Part shown: positions 61,944 through 64,000 of the stretch, in pieces
How the letters are laid out: every line of letters starts with the position of its first letter
Position numbering within the stretch: position 1 is the stretch's first letter
Source: an uncultured Nitrospiraceae bacterium
GTDB lineage: Bacteria > Nitrospirota > Nitrospiria > Nitrospirales > Nitrospiraceae
Direction: 5' to 3'
NCBI GenBank assembly: GCA_963706325.1
Contig: CAVPLT010000007.1
Span: 544,001-608,000, forward strand
Length of the DNA: 64,000 bases
Program-made: the position numbers and the translations under genes
Notes under the pieces: model-generated
Told to the model about the DNA's origin: nothing
Database searches by the model: none
Seen by the model: only the letters and a program-made list of their open reading frames with translations

Positions 61944-62252
61944 ATGGGTTCCAAAATTTACGTGGGCGGGTTGCCGTATTCGGCGACGGAGCAGCAGTTA
62001 AGTGATCTGTTCGCGGTGCATGGGGCGGTTGACTCAGCCCGCATCATCACGGACAAGTTTACCGGCCAATCGAGAGGGTTCGGATTCGTCGAAATGACCT
62101 CCTCGGACGAGGCGCAGAAAGCGATCTCGGCGTTGAACGGCACGGATATGGGTGGCCGGACATTGACGGTCAACGAAGCGCGTCCTCAAGAGCCACGAAG
62201 CGGTGGCGGCGGCGGTTATGGCGATCGTGGAGCCAAGCGCGATCGCTGGTAG
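61944..62252 (+). CDS. RNA-binding protein (RRM domain, Gly-rich tail)
   Basis: IYVGGL (RNP2), RGFGFVEM (RNP1); GAGGAGG RBS. Confidence 0.95.
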   Translation: MGSKIYVGGLPYSATEQQLSDLFAVHGAVDSARIITDKFTGQSRGFGFVEMTSSDEAQKAISALNGTDMGGRTLTVNEARPQEPRSGGGGGYGDRGAKRDRW

Positions 62253-62272
62253 TCATTACTTTGAACCAACAT

Positions 62273-62309
62273 ACGGGGCGGTCATCTTTGGATGGCTGCC
62301 CCGTTTTTT
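62273..62309 (+). terminator. Rho-independent terminator
   Basis: ACGGGGCGGTCATC-TTTG-GATGGCTGCCCCGT-TTTTT. Confidence 0.8.
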
Positions 62310-62516
62310 CTTTACGCAACTGTGGGGCGGTAGCCCGCGACAATCGTTGAATACCCTTGGCCGAAGACAGCGGGGTCCGGCAGCAGTGGCTCTGTCGTAT
62401 GGATTCTGAAAGGACCGGCGAAGAGATCCGTCCTATCGAGGGCTTCGGCATCCGATAGATTATCCTGGAACTGCCGAAGGCACGACGAGCGTCGTAGAGC
62501 CATGCCTGAAGAAGGT

Positions 62517-63230
62517 CTACTTGAGAAGTCGCAGCTCAAGGTCATCAAAATAGGTCACGGCGTCTGCCTTGGTCCACAGCCCGATCCGACCGTTGGCGAG
62601 GGCGCTGTCACACACACGAAAAAGCGTGGCGCTGTCGTACTGAGCTCTGATGTCGCAACCTTGCTGGATGACTCGCAGCTGGTGCCACCCAGTGGCAGGA
62701 AGCGCGTAATCGATTTGTTTGACGACCTGCTGCACGCCTTTTACCACACGATACAGCCGAATCTTTTGTTCGACCAAGCTGGCCCTCAATAAATAGTAGT
62801 TGCGGTCGTCGGTGGCGTGCCATACCAATCCACCGCCGAGATCAGCCTTTCCAGCCACAGCTAAATAAGACACCGTAAGATCGATATTGACGCTCTCGGT
62901 TCCTCCCACCAGGAGGAGCTTATGTGCCTGGTCCGTGCCTTTAGGCATGATTTGCGCAAGCACTTGCGCGGCGCTCTTGGCACGCTCGGTAATCAAAACT
63001 TTCCACTCACCGGCAGGCCGTCCATCGAAGAGGGTACCGACGACGAAGGAGCCGGGAAGCGAGCCTGGAGAGACGCTATCGAAGTTCCACTGTTGGGCCT
63101 GAGACGGCTCCGGCTCCGCCTGAGCGGACACATCGAACCCGAAAGTGGTGATCCCCAGCATGGCCAGGACGATTGCTTTGAAAAAGATGAATGGATTGGC
63201 CGCATATGGCGGTTCAGGGACGATCATCAT
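62517..63230 (-). CDS. Exported jelly-roll (LamG/DUF1080-like) protein
   Basis: Signal/TM segment; GGGLVW...D.RNYY, WH.LRV, GRIGLWTKAD..TYFDDL. Confidence 0.75.
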   Translation of the reverse strand: MMIVPEPPYAANPFIFFKAIVLAMLGITTFGFDVSAQAEPEPSQAQQWNFDSVSPGSLPGSFVVGTLFDGRPAGEWKVLITERAKSAAQVLAQIMPKGTDQAHKLLLVGGTESVNIDLTVSYLAVAGKADLGGGLVWHATDDRNYYLLRASLVEQKIRLYRVVKGVQQVVKQIDYALPATGWHQLRVIQQGCDIRAQYDSATLFRVCDSALANGRIGLWTKADAVTYFDDLELRLLK

Positions 63231-63376
63231 GGCTTCCCCACCCAGTCTCAAGCGTGACGGACTGTACACGTAACGGCGCGCCGTCGGCGAGCGGGCTCAA
63301 AGAATGTTTCATGACACGATGACGCTGGCCAAGGAGGGCGTTCGTTTGCTAGTCGTCCGCAGCCATTTGGTGGACG

Positions 63377-64000
63377 TCATTGAGGCATCTCCAGTTCGCG
63401 CAGCTTCGCCTCCGCCTGTTCCAGCCAGCGTCGATTTGCCGGGGTGTCGAGTTCCAGCCGAAGGTATTGTCTCAATTCTTGAGCCGCTTCCATGCGCTGG
63501 CCCGTGCCTGCCAAGGCGTTGCCGAGGTTGAGGCGAATCTTTGCGTCGTCTGGACGCAGGTGGAGGGCAGTGCGGAACTCAGCGATGGCGGCTTCTGCAT
63601 TCCGCTTCTCCAGCAGGGCCAGGCCCATGTTGAAGTGTGCATTGACGTCATTTGGTTGAAGGCTGGCGGCTGTTCGGTACTCTGCGAGAGCGCCATCAAG
63701 GTCCCCCATACCCTTGAGGGTCACCCCGAGGTTGTTGTGTGCATTGACATCGCTGGGACGGTGGCGCAACACCGTTTTGAATTCGGCCATGGCGCCTCCG
63801 AGATCTCCCATCTCCTTCAGAGCGACTCCTAGATCATTGTGGGCCTTCAGGTCGTCGGGTTTGAGACGCAAAGCCGCCTTGAGTTCCGCGATGGCCTCGT
63901 CATGTTTGCCTATGTCCAACAGGGTGTTTCCCAAGTTGAGGTGGGCGGCGAAATAGTTCGGCTGAAGGCGAAGCGCGTGCGTGAATTCATCGATGGCTTG
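63377..64000 (-). CDS. Tetratricopeptide repeat protein (5' end outside the window)
   Basis: Regular 34-aa repeats AH.NLG.AL...G....A..EF..AL.L.P; frame open to the window edge. Confidence 0.85.
   Translation of the reverse strand, partial: QAIDEFTHALRLQPNYFAAHLNLGNTLLDIGKHDEAIAELKAALRLKPDDLKAHNDLGVALKEMGDLGGAMAEFKTVLRHRPSDVNAHNNLGVTLKGMGDLDGALAEYRTAASLQPNDVNAHFNMGLALLEKRNAEAAIAEFRTALHLRPDDAKIRLNLGNALAGTGQRMEAAQELRQYLRLELDTPANRRWLEQAEAKLRELEMPQ

Noticed and set aside
62312..62503. Small minus-strand ORF downstream of the jelly-roll protein gene
   Set aside because: No SD sequence and no recognisable features; cannot be supported without homology or expression data.
63377..64000. DNA repeats with a ~102-bp period (e.g. 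TGTGCATTGAC) as a CRISPR-like array
   Set aside because: The period equals 34 codons and is explained by TPR repeats in an open reading frame.

Overview
A GC-rich (roughly 58-60% by eye) bacterial chromosomal segment made up mostly of core genes. Gene content and order, sigma-54 promoters and palindromic intergenic repeats suggest Nitrospira (inference). In order it holds galT-GH57, an aldo/keto reductase, amgK-murU, an NtrC-like regulator, DUF1015, a polyprenyl synthase, gltBD, several envelope genes, trpS, an LpoA-like gene, xerD, tRNA-Val and tRNA-Asp. Next come a tol-pal cluster whose tolQ/R/A and pal carry many single-base indels (probably sequencing errors), mutL-miaA-mtnP-pfkB-pilF-rodZ and a monoheme cytochrome c. 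The right end has a catalytically dead caspase-like lipoprotein, a carbamoyltransferase/GT-C/GT2 cluster, a degQ-tatC-mrp-moeA-mobB-hexaheme cytochrome-ABC-2OG oxygenase operon and an RRM gene with a long structured leader. I found no CRISPR array, prophage or transposase. The best leads are: (1) a low-GC orphan ORF with a HEPN-like RxxxxxH motif inserted after gltD next to a palindromic element; (2) a family of covarying palindromic MITE/REP-like elements that supply stop codons; (3) a putative molybdoenzyme maturation operon with unusual Cys-motif proteins; (4) the pseudo-caspase lipoprotein. Family assignments come from motifs recognised by eye; no searches were run.
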